This document shows positions 42,085 through 55,669 of a stretch of 64,000 nucleotides of DNA, piece after piece; position 1 is the stretch's first letter; the number at the start of each line of letters is the position of its first letter. A model generated the notes under the pieces. That model was given only the letters and a program-made list of their open reading frames with translations, was not told the origin of the DNA and did not search any database. The position numbers and the translations under genes were made by a program. Source of the stretch: Methanosarcina barkeri (GTDB taxonomy: Archaea; Halobacteriota; Methanosarcinia; Methanosarcinales; Methanosarcinaceae); assembly GCA_937906725.1 (NCBI GenBank), contig CALCXE010000314.1, forward strand, positions 16,785 to 80,784, given 5' to 3'.

Positions 42085-43035
42085 TCATTCGTACAAACCA
42101 TCTGAGTCGCACGAATCTCTGGAAAGCTTCAGGAGCGCTTCTTCAGCAAGTCTCTTTCCACCCATCTGTACAAGTCTGCTTCCAAGTTCCCTAGCTTTTT
42201 CAATTCCTCCTGCCATAGGAATAAATTCGTTTATGCCGACAGTTTCTTCTCCGTCAAGGGAAAGGACCTCTGCCCGCACATGGATTTCTTTTCGGTCAGG
42301 CTTAATTTCGGCATAAGAACCTATAGGAGTAGTGCAGCCTCCTCCAAGTTCGGAAATCAGGATGCGCTCAATTTCGGTGGCAATCCGGCTGTCGGTATGG
42401 TCAAGCCTGGAAACTGCAGCTTCAGCCTCAGTGTCTGCCCTTGTGACAACTGCAACTGTACCTTGATTTGGAGACGGGCAGAAGAAATCGGGAGAAAGAA
42501 TTTCTCCTTCAAGTTCCCAGCCCAGGCGTTCAAGCCCTGCCTTGGCAAGCAAAATACCATCATATTTTCCTTCTTTAAGCTTCCTGAGTCTTGTATCTAT
42601 ATTGCCCCTTAAATCCTGTGTAATAAGGTCAGGCCTGTAGCGCTTGATCTGAGCCGCCCTCCTCAGGGAACTGGTACCTATAATGGACTGTTCAGGTAGC
42701 TCATCCAGAGGTGTCCCGTCATAAGTCAGCAGGATATCAAATGGGGTATCCCGCTTCAGAACAGCTGCGGTTGGAAGGGTAGGTGGGCGAATTGTTGGCA
42801 TGTCTTTCATGGAGTGCACAGCGATATCTATTTCTCCTGCAAGCATAACTTCGTCCAGTTCCCTGACAAAAGCCCCAACTCCACTCGATACTGCATGCAG
42901 AGGCCTATCAGTAAATCGGTCTCCACTGGTTTTTATAATTTTCAAGCTGGTTTCAACGCCCTGTGCTTTCAAAAGGCGTGCAACATTCTCGGCCTGGGCA
43001 AGTGCAAGCTGACTGCCCCGCGTACCTATGATCAT
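42085..43035 (-). CDS. hemC: Hydroxymethylbilane synthase (porphobilinogen deaminase)
   Basis: IGTRGSQLALAQ, AVHSMKD, GTSSLRR, RGNIDTRL and GGGC motifs. Confidence 0.96.
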   Translation of the reverse strand: MIIGTRGSQLALAQAENVARLLKAQGVETSLKIIKTSGDRFTDRPLHAVSSGVGAFVRELDEVMLAGEIDIAVHSMKDMPTIRPPTLPTAAVLKRDTPFDILLTYDGTPLDELPEQSIIGTSSLRRAAQIKRYRPDLITQDLRGNIDTRLRKLKEGKYDGILLAKAGLERLGWELEGEILSPDFFCPSPNQGTVAVVTRADTEAEAAVSRLDHTDSRIATEIERILISELGGGCTTPIGSYAEIKPDRKEIHVRAEVLSLDGEETVGINEFIPMAGGIEKARELGSRLVQMGGKRLAEEALLKLSRDSCDSDGLYE

Positions 43036-43083
43036 ATTAAGTCCTCGTTTTCAAAGATGCAAATCTGCTTAAAATAAATCCAC

Positions 43084-44358
43084 TTAAAGATTTTCAGTGT
43101 ATGCTTTAAGGGTTTTTTCGATATCTTCTTCGCTGTGAGCTGCAGAGACGAAATTTGTTTCAAACTGTGAAGGAGGGAGGAAAATTCCGCTTGCGAGCAT
43201 TCTGTGGAAGAAAGCAAGGTAACCCTCCTTATCGCACTTCAAGGCTTCCTGGTAGTTATGAGGTTCGGCTCCAAAGAAAATCTTGAACATTGAAGCAATT
43301 CCACATACGCTGTAATCAAGTCCTTCGTCCTCAACGATTTCTGCAAGTACAGCCCGTATGTAATCGCCTTTCGAATTGACTTTTTCGTGGATCTTTTCCT
43401 GTTCCAGGTAGTCAAGCACTGCAATGCCCGCAGCCACGGAGCAGGGGCTTCCGCTGAAAGTTCCTGCCTGGTAGACCGCTCCGGATGGTGAGATCATTTC
43501 CATGATTTCACGCCTGCCTCCAAAAACTCCAATAGGCAGCCCACCGCCCACGATTTTTCCAAGAGTGGTCATGTCAGGTACAACTCCGAAGTATTCCTGT
43601 GCTCCTCCCATTGCGAGCCTGAATCCGGTAATAACCTCATCGAATATGAGAAGCACGTCGTTTTCCAGGGTAAGTTTCCTGAGTTCTTCCAGGTATCCGG
43701 GAAGGGGAGTTATCGGACCTATGTTTCCGAGTACTGGCTCGATGATGACCGCAGCCAGCTCGTTCCTGTTCTTCTCCACAAGCTCGGACATTGCTTTAAT
43801 ATCATTATAAGGAGCTTGCAGGGTATATTTCGTGAAATCTGCAGGTATTCCAAGTGAATCCGGCTCTCCGAGAGTTGTAGCTCCTGACCCGGCTTTTACC
43901 AGAACCGCATCATGAGCCCCGTGAAATCCGCCTTCAATTTTGATGAATTTGTTTCTTCCAGTAAAGCCGCGTGCAAGCCGAAGGGCACTCATCGTGGCTT
44001 CAGTGCCTGTGGATACGAAGCGGAGCATGTCGATACTGGGATAATAACCTGCAATTTTCTCTGCAAGGGTTACCTCAAGCTCGGTAGGGGTTCCGTAGAG
44101 CCATCCTTTATCGAGCTGGGCCTTAATAGCTTCTTTTATTACAGGATGATTGTGCCCAAGAAGAGCAGGACCGTAAGCCAGACAGTAATCTATGTATTCG
44201 TTTCCGTCAAGATCCTTTATTTTTGAACCGTTAGCTGATGCCGTATAGAACGGATAGGGTTTTATTGCGCGTACAGGGCTGCTTACCCCACCAGGAATGA
44301 GGGTCTTTGCTTTCTCATACATCTGTCTGGACTTCTCAAGTGTTACCTCAGATATCAT
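43084..44358 (-). CDS. hemL: Glutamate-1-semialdehyde 2,1-aminomutase
   Basis: [25 protein letters not shown] and YQAGTFSG motifs. Confidence 0.96.
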   Translation of the reverse strand: MISEVTLEKSRQMYEKAKTLIPGGVSSPVRAIKPYPFYTASANGSKIKDLDGNEYIDYCLAYGPALLGHNHPVIKEAIKAQLDKGWLYGTPTELEVTLAEKIAGYYPSIDMLRFVSTGTEATMSALRLARGFTGRNKFIKIEGGFHGAHDAVLVKAGSGATTLGEPDSLGIPADFTKYTLQAPYNDIKAMSELVEKNRNELAAVIIEPVLGNIGPITPLPGYLEELRKLTLENDVLLIFDEVITGFRLAMGGAQEYFGVVPDMTTLGKIVGGGLPIGVFGGRREIMEMISPSGAVYQAGTFSGSPCSVAAGIAVLDYLEQEKIHEKVNSKGDYIRAVLAEIVEDEGLDYSVCGIASMFKIFFGAEPHNYQEALKCDKEGYLAFFHRMLASGIFLPPSQFETNFVSAAHSEEDIEKTLKAYTENL

Positions 44359-44461
44359 GGAAATCTCACCGGATTGGACTGAAAATCTATAAATTATTTA
44401 GAAATTTAAGTTAATTTCTGGATTAAATTTAAGTTGCACATAGAACTGAGTTTATACTGAA

Positions 44462-44560
44462 CAGAATTATGTTTTATACGAATAGAATTATGTTTTATAC
44501 GAACAAAATTATGTTTTATACGAACAAAATTATGTTTTATACGAACAGAGTTATGTTGAA
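44462..44560. repeat. 21-nt tandem repeat (GAACAAAATTATGTTTTATAC), about 4.5 copies
   Basis: Head-to-tail units upstream of hemL. Confidence 0.9.
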
Positions 44561-44792
44561 TTATGTTAATATTGAATATATTTTATATATTTATTGGCAC
44601 TTTATGTTAAGGTGCTTTACACCTTACTTTATTTACTTTCTATCTTATAACAGCGCCTCCCTCTATTAAGCAGTTATTGATGAACTTGATAGGCTCGTAA
44701 GTAGAGGGCAATAGGCTTGAAAGACAGAAAGGTGGAATAAGGAAAAAAATGGAACAAATCTGAAAAAGAAGGAGCGCCTGAAAAAGAAGCAC

Positions 44793-45767
44793 TTACTTCA
44801 ACATACGCGCAGCATCTTTTGCAAAGTAGGTAATGATAATATCGGCTCCTGCCCTTTTGATTGAGATGAGGGATTCGTAAATTGCTTTCTTTTCATCAAG
44901 CCAGCCATTAGCTGCAGCGGCTTTGATCATGGAGTATTCTCCACTTACATTGTATGCAGCAGTTGGCATTCCATAGTCCGTCTTAACCCTGTAGATAATA
45001 TCAAGGTAAGGAAGAGCCGGCTTCACAATTATTATGTCTGCACCTTCAGCTACATCAAGAGTTACTTCCCTGAGAGCCTCATTGCCGTTTGCAGGGTCCA
45101 TTTGATAGGTAGAACGGTCTCCGAAAGAATATCCTGACTCAGCGGCTTCCCTGAAAGGCCCGTAGAAACACGAATGATATTTTGCGGCATAGGACATGAT
45201 CGGAATATTCTCAAATCCGTTCATATCAAGTGCTTGTCTTATGGCTTCTACCATTCCATCCATCATACACGACGGAGCCACTATATCAGCACCTGCCCTT
45301 GCATGGCTTACTGCAATTTTTCCCAGTACATCAAGAGTAGGATCATTCAGGATTTCTTTCGTTTCGAAATCAACAATTCCGCAGTGGCCATGGCTTGTGT
45401 ATTCACACATACAGACATCCGTGATCACAACAAGTTCGTCTCCAAGCTCAGCTTTGATTCTCCTGACAGCTTCCTGGACAACATCGGTTTCCCCGTACGA
45501 AGAACTGCCTTCCGCGTCCTTAAATGCAGGAACTCCGAAAATGATCACCGCCGGAATTCCAAGGTCTGCAATCTCTTTTGCCTCATTTGCAACCTCGGAG
45601 AGAGGAATATTGTATATTCCAGGCATGGAAGGAATTTCAACAGCAGAATCGATAGTCTCATTCACAAAAATAGGCTGAACAAGGTCGTCTACGGATAAGG
45701 TAGTTTCACGCACAAGGTTCCTGATCTTTCCTTTTCTCAATCGTCTTAACCTGACATCTGGAAACAT
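44793..45767 (-). CDS. hemB: Porphobilinogen synthase
   Basis: [14 protein letters not shown] zinc site, VKPA and YNVSGEY motifs. Confidence 0.96.
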   Translation of the reverse strand: MFPDVRLRRLRKGKIRNLVRETTLSVDDLVQPIFVNETIDSAVEIPSMPGIYNIPLSEVANEAKEIADLGIPAVIIFGVPAFKDAEGSSSYGETDVVQEAVRRIKAELGDELVVITDVCMCEYTSHGHCGIVDFETKEILNDPTLDVLGKIAVSHARAGADIVAPSCMMDGMVEAIRQALDMNGFENIPIMSYAAKYHSCFYGPFREAAESGYSFGDRSTYQMDPANGNEALREVTLDVAEGADIIIVKPALPYLDIIYRVKTDYGMPTAAYNVSGEYSMIKAAAANGWLDEKKAIYESLISIKRAGADIIITYFAKDAARMLK

Positions 45768-45779
45768 TTGATCACTTCT

Positions 45780-45972
45780 CTGCGAATTATCTGTAAATTA
45801 TCTGCGAATTACCTGTAAATTACCTGTAAATTACCTGTAAGTTACCTGTAAGTTACCTGTAAATTATCTGCGAATTACCTGTAAATTACCTGTAAATTAT
45901 CTGTGAATTACCTGTAAATTACCTGTAAATTATCTACGAATTATCTGTAAATAATCTGTGATTATCTGCAAA
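45780..45972. repeat. 12-nt tandem repeat (AATTACCTGTAA), about 16 copies
   Basis: Fills most of the hemA-hemB intergenic region. Confidence 0.92.
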
Positions 45973-45998
45973 TTTTTGTAACTTCTGATTCTTTTTTA

Positions 45999-47372
45999 TT
46001 AGTTACTTTTCTCAGAAATCCTATCTATCCCACTTTCGCAATCGGGTTTTATTTTTTCTACCTTTATCCCGCAGTCGGATTTCATTTTCTCGCAATCAGG
46101 TTTCATTTTTTCCACCTTTACTCTGTCTTTTTCGAGGCAGAAGATTCTTGAAACTACATCAAGGAACTCGTCGTTTCCGAGTTCTGCGGCCTGGCGGAGA
46201 ACTTTGGTAGGCTCGGCAAGAATTTTGTTTGCGATGGAATGAGTGAGGTCGTCAAGCACCTCGGTTTCGATTTTCCCTATAGTATGGTAAGCACAGAGCC
46301 TGTTAACTGCTTTTTCCCTTTCTCGTATCCTTACCTCGTAAATTTGCTTGTAAAGGTCGGAAATAATTCTATCGGCTCTCTGGCGTTTGTACTGGAGGTT
46401 TAAAAGCTTAATCTCCTCCTGAATTATAGCCTCGGCTTTTTTAGCTTCCTCTTTCCTCATTTTAAGCGTCTTCTCACTGATCACCCTGAGATTGTCAATA
46501 TTGCACAGTTCCACGTTTTCGAGTTCAGCAACCGATTCCTCGATATCCCTGGGGTTTGCTATATCAATTAAGAGAAGTTTACGGGTTTTATCCCGGTCTT
46601 TTATGGCTTTTTCAACTATTTCCCGAGTTAAAATGTAATGAGGAGCACCTGTACCACTAATTACAACATCAGCATTTTTAAGTTGAGTCTGGACATCATT
46701 GAGCCTGACTGCGTACCCTCCCAGTTCGTAGGCAATTTCTTCAGCTTTCTTAAAGGTACGGTTAGCAATGTAGATTGCCTCGATATCCTTTTCAGCCAGG
46801 GCCTTTGCTACAAGGACTCCTATTTCTCCTGCCCCTATCACGAGCACCGTTTTTCCTGTGAGTCCGTCCAGGATTTCCTCTGCAAGATCCACAGCTGCAG
46901 AACCTATGGACACCGACCCTTTATTGATCCGTGTTTCGTTACGGATACGTTTTCCTACCTGAATAGCTTTATCAAAGGCAGTGTCAAGGATTTTTCCTGT
47001 CGTTCCCGATTTTTTGGAATAGGCATAGAGTTCCTTTATTTGCCCGAGAATCTGGTCTTCCCCAACAATCATGGATTCAAGTCCGCCAGCAAGCCTGAGC
47101 AGGTGTTCAAGGGATTCGTCATGCCCATAGAAGTCCATAATATGAGTGGAAGCTCCCATTTCCTTTGCAAAAGAGAAAAGAACACTGCTGCTCTTGGGGG
47201 AAACAACATAAATTTCAACACGGTTGCAGGTTTTTAAGACAACGCATTCATAAACGTATTCATGATTATACAAATGTTGGAGCAGACCGTCCAGATCTCC
47301 GTGCCAGGCGGACTCCATTTCCTCAATTTTTGCTTTTTTATGGGATATAACCATACTTGAGATTTCTGTCAC
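45999..47372 (-). CDS. hemA: Glutamyl-tRNA reductase
   Basis: TCNRVE, GEDQILGQ, IGAGE and DIANPRDI motifs. Confidence 0.96.
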   Translation of the reverse strand: MTEISSMVISHKKAKIEEMESAWHGDLDGLLQHLYNHEYVYECVVLKTCNRVEIYVVSPKSSSVLFSFAKEMGASTHIMDFYGHDESLEHLLRLAGGLESMIVGEDQILGQIKELYAYSKKSGTTGKILDTAFDKAIQVGKRIRNETRINKGSVSIGSAAVDLAEEILDGLTGKTVLVIGAGEIGVLVAKALAEKDIEAIYIANRTFKKAEEIAYELGGYAVRLNDVQTQLKNADVVISGTGAPHYILTREIVEKAIKDRDKTRKLLLIDIANPRDIEESVAELENVELCNIDNLRVISEKTLKMRKEEAKKAEAIIQEEIKLLNLQYKRQRADRIISDLYKQIYEVRIREREKAVNRLCAYHTIGKIETEVLDDLTHSIANKILAEPTKVLRQAAELGNDEFLDVVSRIFCLEKDRVKVEKMKPDCEKMKSDCGIKVEKIKPDCESGIDRISEKSN

Positions 47373-47538
47373 AGAGAGCCTCCGGATAGAATGAATACAG
47401 GAATAGAGTAATAATATAAGGAGTTATAAATTAAACTTTGTCCGCAACTCCTAAGCCTTTTTTCACAAACGAATTTTGTTTACGTATTATTTTATTTAAA
47501 GCTTCCATTTGCAGAATATTTTGATTCAGGTCATCTTT

Positions 47539-48213
47539 TTATCTGTCGGAATTTTCCAGGTAGCCTGAAATTATTGCGTATGCTCTTTCAGCGGCTTTTT
47601 CGTAAGACTCAGAGAAACCATTCCATACGGCTTCGTTTTCCAGAATTTTCCAGAGAATTGCCTTTCTCTGCCTCTGTTCTGCTACATGCTGCTTGAGGTA
47701 ACTCCTGAGCTCATCCTGAAGTCGGATCATATCGGAATATGCAGGAGTTATCACACTTTCAATTTGCTTGCGAGTATATTTTGAGACTGCAGGACTGTGC
47801 CCGAGAGTGGAAATACCGATTACAAGGTCTCCCCTTTTTATCACTGATGGAATTACTACACTACCTAAAGTGTCTACCTGATTAATCAAAATATCGCTTT
47901 CCTCTGCAATATCAGCAATCTTCCGGTTAAGGTCGAAACTGCTGGTTGCAGGAATGACAAGAAAAGCCCCTGAGATGATTTCCCTCAGTTTGGAGTCCTC
48001 TGCTGCCGCAAGGTCAAGCCTTGAAAGACAGATCTGCCCTGATGCCTCAAGTTCCTTCAGCCTTTCGGAAAAGTCGAGGCTGACGACAATAGTGTCCGCA
48101 CAGCCACAGAAAAGTTCGGCTTTACGTTCCCCGACAGACCCACCTCCGAAAATCACTATTTTTCTGCCTGAAAGGTCAAGCATGAGGGGGAGAAAATTAT
48201 TTTTTTCAGCCAT
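47539..48213 (-). CDS. sirC: Precorrin-2 dehydrogenase (SirC/CysG N-terminal type)
   Basis: GGGSVGERKA Rossmann motif and ISTLGHSP; located in the tetrapyrrole cluster. Confidence 0.88.
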   Translation of the reverse strand: MAEKNNFLPLMLDLSGRKIVIFGGGSVGERKAELFCGCADTIVVSLDFSERLKELEASGQICLSRLDLAAAEDSKLREIISGAFLVIPATSSFDLNRKIADIAEESDILINQVDTLGSVVIPSVIKRGDLVIGISTLGHSPAVSKYTRKQIESVITPAYSDMIRLQDELRSYLKQHVAEQRQRKAILWKILENEAVWNGFSESYEKAAERAYAIISGYLENSDR

Positions 48214-48276
48214 TTTTAGGGACCTCAAAATATAAAAGTAATTAGTTAAAACACATAATTAATACTTATTTAATAC

Positions 48277-50349
<2,073 letters not shown>

Positions 50350-50778
50350 AAATTAGCTGTTTTATAATAGTATTCAAAGTTTAATGAGATTTACAAGTTA
50401 ACGATAATTGGAAAGTTAGAATCATAATCTAAGGACTGAATATGGGGGAGATTCAGTTTGACCGAGTTAATGTAATTTAAACTTGAGAGGTCATATTAAT
50501 AAAGTAATATTAATATTCTCTCATTTCAGATGATTACTTGTAAAAGAGAAAAAGATAAAGTCTCCGTCTAGGGAGGACTGAAGGCTCTATCATTAAATGA
50601 TTAACAGCGCAGAAAACGTGGAAAACGCGGAAAAGAGGGGCACAAACACAGCTTTTCTTTATCTTTTGACGGTTATTAGCATCTTATTGGGCTTTCTCAG
50701 CCCCTCTTTGCTTTTTGGGTTTATAGAAACCTTAATGGGAACAGTTCGAACGTAAATAACTCAAATGGAAACCAATTT

Positions 50779-51309
50779 TTACTTACCAATAAGTTCCTCT
50801 GAAACTACTTCTTCAGTTCCTGTCCATTCAGGCAACTTGTCCACTTTCTCAATGGATTTCACTGTTTCGTTTGGCGTGTCTATAGTTATTATATAGAATT
50901 CTCCACCGGTGATTTGCGAATTAACGGATATTACGGATCCGTTCAGGGAATCGGCTTCCCTATAAAGATCTTCCAGGGAATCATCCGGCCCAATGGTTTT
51001 TAATGTCCCGTTTTTCATCACAATAGTGGCTTCGTGAATATACGAGCCGTTAATCCTGATATATGCTACAGATTCCCCTGTTTCATTGAGGATTCCACCT
51101 GGGCTTGAATAATTTCCTTTTGTCAGGTTTTGAAAATTGCTATCATTTACGTATATTTTTCTTAGTATTTCTGATCCAGGCTGTCTGTTAATCCCTCCAC
51201 AATTATTTACAGAAGAATTATCGGAGCGATTATCTACTTCGTAAAAGAAAAATAAAATAGTTGCAAGGGATATAGCAACTATTAAAACAGTCCAGATTTT
51301 ATTTTTCAA
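50779..51309 (-). CDS. Hypothetical membrane-anchored or secreted protein
   Basis: N-terminal hydrophobic helix; start overlaps the upstream stop. Confidence 0.75.
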   Translation of the reverse strand: MKNKIWTVLIVAISLATILFFFYEVDNRSDNSSVNNCGGINRQPGSEILRKIYVNDSNFQNLTKGNYSSPGGILNETGESVAYIRINGSYIHEATIVMKNGTLKTIGPDDSLEDLYREADSLNGSVISVNSQITGGEFYIITIDTPNETVKSIEKVDKLPEWTGTEEVVSEELIGK

Positions 51310-52325
51310 GAAAGAGATTCCTCACTTTTATTTGTTTTATTAACAAATGGGTTTACAGGTCCGAACAACTCCTTCCTTGAATACTTACTGCCTTCCAGAA
51401 GTTTAGAGATTACTTCTTCTTTATCAATAGGTTCACATGAAACCACTTCAACAGGAAGGTTGTGTGCAACATACACAGGTTCTCCATATTCAATCAACTC
51501 TTCGACTGTTTCCGGGGCTAGATTAAGCTCACTTGAACGCGTCTTCAGTTGATTCAAAGGAATTACTTCTATCCCGTACTTTTTCTTTTCTACTTCAGTC
51601 ATTTTACTCGGAGCACGACTTGGAGCCGTTACGGTAAATGTCCATTTAACACCTGCTACTTCATAAGATGGACCAAATAAGTAGTCTCCTACAGAGAATT
51701 TAACCGTTTGACCCGGCTTGATATCATTGAGCCACCAGAAAAAATGCCCAACGTCTGTTTTATCTGGATCATATTCCCACTCTCGCCATATAGTCTCCCC
51801 ATCTTGTTGCTCATCACAACCGCTGAGCAGAGAAGATACAAGAGTAGCCGCTGAAATAGCAAAATTTGCATAAGAGTTTATATAACTGATTGCAATAGAA
51901 GATATTGTATAGGCAACGTTTGCATAATAAGCACTATTACCGTCAGATCTGGGCCATGCACCTATGCGCTGTGAATCTGTGCTAGTCCACATTGCCTGGT
52001 TTGCCTTATTTTCTAGTTCTTTTATTTCAACAGCCTGAACCCTGCACGCTGCTGTAGATCCCCCGCTAGAAGTACGTGTTTCTCCCACGCCAGTTATACG
52101 GTAATTGTATTCATATGCGTTCCTTGAAGGAATATATGGTGCAGTAAAACGACCAACATCAGCAGCTGTATATGCATTTATTCCACCATAAGAGACCGCT
52201 TTTTTTAGCTTCCAATTATAGACAGGATTTTCGTAAGCAGATACCACTGGCATTAACAGTATGTTCATTATCAAAACTGCCGCAATTATCATATTTACGG
52301 CAACTTTTCTATTTCGTAACATCAT
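51306..52325 (-). CDS. Hypothetical secreted protein
   Basis: 339-aa ORF with signal peptide and GAGGTG RBS. Confidence 0.85.
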   Translation of the reverse strand: MMLRNRKVAVNMIIAAVLIMNILLMPVVSAYENPVYNWKLKKAVSYGGINAYTAADVGRFTAPYIPSRNAYEYNYRITGVGETRTSSGGSTAACRVQAVEIKELENKANQAMWTSTDSQRIGAWPRSDGNSAYYANVAYTISSIAISYINSYANFAISAATLVSSLLSGCDEQQDGETIWREWEYDPDKTDVGHFFWWLNDIKPGQTVKFSVGDYLFGPSYEVAGVKWTFTVTAPSRAPSKMTEVEKKKYGIEVIPLNQLKTRSSELNLAPETVEELIEYGEPVYVAHNLPVEVVSCEPIDKEEVISKLLEGSKYSRKELFGPVNPFVNKTNKSEESLS

Positions 52326-52415
52326 AATTCACCTCTCAGTTCAATTATCCCAGGAGGCAAGATTAAGCAAGCTTTAAGTATTCATAAAGCTAACACAATC
52401 CTTTGCCTCAGGGCA

Positions 52416-52460
52416 TGTGAACTTCAAATGTGCTCTGGAAGGTTTGTTTGAAGTTCACAT
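52416..52460. promoter_or_regulatory. Perfect 14-bp inverted repeat in the divergent promoter region
   Basis: ATGTGAACTTCAAA ... TTTGAAGTTCACAT. Confidence 0.55.
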
Positions 52461-52746
52461 TCAAAAATCTCTCGTTATATTCTTCTATATATTTATTTCG
52501 ATGATGAATTTTTCATCAACATGATTAACATTCGTTAAACCAATTCTATTTTTCATCAAAAATAACGAAATTTCAGAGCTCTAACTGACATCTGAAGTTC
52601 GACCTACTTTTAGCAAATAATCTGGCATTCTTTTCTTAACTAAATCATAAAATTGACAAAAATAATAGCAACATACATGTCCCAACAAAAGAAAAGAATA
52701 TATTATGTTAAAATAATTTAATAAGAAAGTAGGAAAAAATCTGTAA

Positions 52747-53580
52747 ATGCGGCGACATGAAATGAATGGCTTCGAAATTTATAAGAAGATGGAAGATGAC
52801 GTTCAGGCAATATACAGGTCAAGACTTTTAACAGAGATACTTCTATCATTAAACGAGAACAGCAGAAAGCTTTCCCAGTTGCGTGAAATTACCGGAAGTA
52901 CGTCTCAGGCACTAATTCCAAAGCTCAGGAAACTCGAAGCAGATCATCTGATAGAAACAAAAGGGCACGAGTATTTCCTGACGTCAGCAGGAAAAATTGT
53001 GGCTTCAGGAATAGCTGACTCTTTTGCAATATTTTGGACAATTAATAAATTTAAGCATTTCTGGTTGAAACATTACCTCGAAGAAATTCCCATTCCTTTG
53101 TTAAAAGAAGTCGGATGTCTTTACGAGTCTGAAGTCCTCAAGGATAAAGGTATGAAGATCCTCAATGTCTACAACAATCAGTTAAAAATGCTTAAAGAAG
53201 CAGACCATATACACGGTATATCATCTGTGGTAACCGAAGGATATGCCGATTCTATCTCTGAAAGAGTAAAAGAAAGAATCCCTGTTGAGCTTATAGTTCC
53301 TCTTCATGTTGCAGAAGAATTGAAGCGATCACCTTATCTGGAAAAAATAGAAGCACTGAAAAATTATGAAAACTTTAAATTGATGGTCACAGATGAAGAT
53401 ATTAAAGTTGGGCTTATTGTTACGGATAAACACCTTTCTCTGAATCTGTATGAAAAAGAAGGCGCTGAGTACGACATAAGCACAGGCTTGTTCAGCTCTG
53501 ACTCGAAGGCCATTGAATGGGGAGAGATGCTTTTTTGGTATTGTAAAGGGAAGGCAGACTTCACAAAAATGCAAATATGA
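52747..53580 (+). CDS. Winged-helix transcriptional regulator (DUF1724-like methanogen family)
   Basis: N-terminal wHTH (LSQLREITGSTSQALIPKLRKLE) and C-terminal VTDK...YD...AIEWG pattern. Confidence 0.85.
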   Translation: MRRHEMNGFEIYKKMEDDVQAIYRSRLLTEILLSLNENSRKLSQLREITGSTSQALIPKLRKLEADHLIETKGHEYFLTSAGKIVASGIADSFAIFWTINKFKHFWLKHYLEEIPIPLLKEVGCLYESEVLKDKGMKILNVYNNQLKMLKEADHIHGISSVVTEGYADSISERVKERIPVELIVPLHVAEELKRSPYLEKIEALKNYENFKLMVTDEDIKVGLIVTDKHLSLNLYEKEGAEYDISTGLFSSDSKAIEWGEMLFWYCKGKADFTKMQI

Positions 53581-53694
53581 TTTTGCAGAAATTCAGAATT
53601 CCTGGCATCCTGAATATTTGTGATTGGATCTGTTATAACCCAAAAAGCAATGAAGGCTTTCGATAACTAACTCAAAATCTATCTACTGAAAAAC

Positions 53695-53850
53695 CAAGAA
53701 CGCCGTCCACCCAGGCTGCGGCGTTTGTAAGGACTTAACTGCTCTTAAGGCCGAAATCTCTGCCGGCTCGGTAGGTAGCCTGGAAGGCTACACCACTCTG
53801 TCGTCCGCACCTTCCCAGAACAGCATTTCTTAGAGCACTAGCTTAAGCCC
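53695..53850. ncRNA. Candidate structured small RNA
   Basis: GC-rich non-coding island with several nested stems in an AT-rich intergenic region. Confidence 0.5.
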
Positions 53851-54191
53851 TTTGGATAGTTTTATATAATATCAACACATATTGAATCTTTTATATACGC
53901 AACGCTAACATAATCGTGCTTCTAGACATGTGGAGTTCAGGTGAACCTGGAAAGTTGATCTAAACTTCATAACTTAATTTCTTCAGTTCTTTGTGGATTT
54001 TTCTTGATGAAAATCTTCAAGCTTACTGTTTTTGCACTTTTTTTGAATCCATACCTATCCACAGATCTTTGATTGTTTGAGACTATGGACAGAAAACTTA
54101 TAAGGCTACAGTTATTGCAGATATCTTTCACAATGCAAAGAAACGAACTTCATGACCTTACGGACGACTCTACATTTATTTATACTGACAT

Positions 54192-54314
54192 TCAAACCAG
54201 TTCACCTGCTGGAACGGAGGAAGTTGAAGCTCCCCTGCAGTGTATGCAGTTCAGGTTGCATCCTGCAGTCAGTTCCCATGCGATAAGCCTTGGTGTATTT
54301 GTCATGGCGATCAT
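54192..54314 (-). pseudogene. Duplicated 5' fragment of ahbD (40 aa, retains CxxxCxxC)
   Basis: Nearly identical to 50234-50349; the upstream region is also duplicated to about 54622. Confidence 0.9.
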
Positions 54315-54409
54315 AAATTAGCTGTTTTATTAATAGCATTCACAGTTTAATGAGATTTACAAATTAACGATAATTGGAAAGTTAAAATCATAGCTTGAGG
54401 AGCAAATAA

Positions 54410-54515
54410 AATACAGATTTTTTACCAGGGATTTAAAATTCAGATTAATTTTACCAGGAATTTAAAGTTCAGATTAATTTTACCAGAGATTTAAAGTTCA
54501 GATTAATTACCAGGT
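54410..54515. repeat. ~31-nt tandem repeat (TTTACCAGGAATTTAAAGTTCAGATTAAT), 3+ copies
   Basis: Head-to-tail units inside the duplicated ahbD upstream region. Confidence 0.85.
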
Positions 54516-54845
54516 ATTAATTCTATTGAAACCTGAAAGATCTGGATTTAAAACTTGAAAGGTCATATTAATAAAGTAATATTGATATTCTGCTATTTCA
54601 TATGAAAAATTGTAAAAAGAAAATATTCAACGTTAAATATTCAATGTTAAATATTCAATGCTAAAGATCCAACATTTAGAGTGTTTGCTCCACCCAGGTC
54701 CATTGATAGCCTGTTTCCAAATAAAGTCCTTTATAACGAAGTAATGAACACAAACATAATTCCTGGAAAATCCAAATTCAATAACTTGCAAACTTATTGA
54801 TCAAAAATAATCATTTTTAATTCCAAAAAGATAAATTAACATCTT

Positions 54846-55328
54846 TTACTTCTTTTTTCCATGAACAGGGCATTTGTCTCTGGTCTCCGGGGAGCAGAGC
54901 ACATATTCTCCGGTTTGGGCGAAATACCTGAAATGTTCTATACAGATTTTTGGCTCGTCTTTTTGAGCTGTAAACTCTATAAATTTTTTAAACATTTCTG
55001 CAGTTTTTGGATTAAGGATATGCTCAATCTTACAGGCATCTTCTTCTGCTATTTTTTCGTCAATTCCGAGATGCATGAGAAATTCTTTGAGCATGCTGTA
55101 TGTTTCTTTAGTCTTATGTGCGATTTCGGTTCCTTTTTCTGTGAGGGTTACTCCTCCGTATTTTTCATAATTTATGTAACCTTCCTTGTCGAGTTTTTTG
55201 AACATACCAGTTACAGTCGATGGGCCGAGTTCCAGCTCTTTCGCTACATCTTTAACTTTGGCATATCCTTTTTCTTCAACAATTGAAGCGATAATCTTCA
55301 GGTAATCTTCATCTCTCTCCGTTGTCAT
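54846..55328 (-). CDS. DtxR/MntR-family metal-dependent transcriptional repressor
   Basis: EDYLK, STVTGM, YEKYGGVTLT and EDACKIEH motifs; C-terminal CPVH. Confidence 0.93.
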   Translation of the reverse strand: MTTERDEDYLKIIASIVEEKGYAKVKDVAKELELGPSTVTGMFKKLDKEGYINYEKYGGVTLTEKGTEIAHKTKETYSMLKEFLMHLGIDEKIAEEDACKIEHILNPKTAEMFKKFIEFTAQKDEPKICIEHFRYFAQTGEYVLCSPETRDKCPVHGKKK

Positions 55329-55669
55329 AAAACTCAAACCCTTTTTGCGTATCGAATATTATTCGATTATTATATTTAATTATGCAGAAAAGACATATAA
55401 GGATACTGTATTGAAGGGGTGCCATCTATATAAACAATAGTTTTTAAATATCCTCTTCAAATTCAAGGGAAAAATTTCTAACTGGATAATCATCATGCAA
55501 TTTCATCATACAGTTATGAAATTAAACGGCTTTTTGAACGTGTTTTTCTTGACTTAACTAAGTTCTTGAGTTTTTCCGTGAATATATGAAATTTACTTTT
55601 TACCCATACAATTTGAAGAGGATACATTCTTAAATGCTAATTATAGATTAAAAATCAACAAAAATAAAT

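Noticed and set aside
44469-44669. ORF with MFYTNRI/MFYTNKI repeats
   Set aside because: By-product of the 21-nt tandem repeat.
54073-54321. + strand 82-aa ORF
   Set aside because: Antisense reading of the duplicated ahbD fragment.
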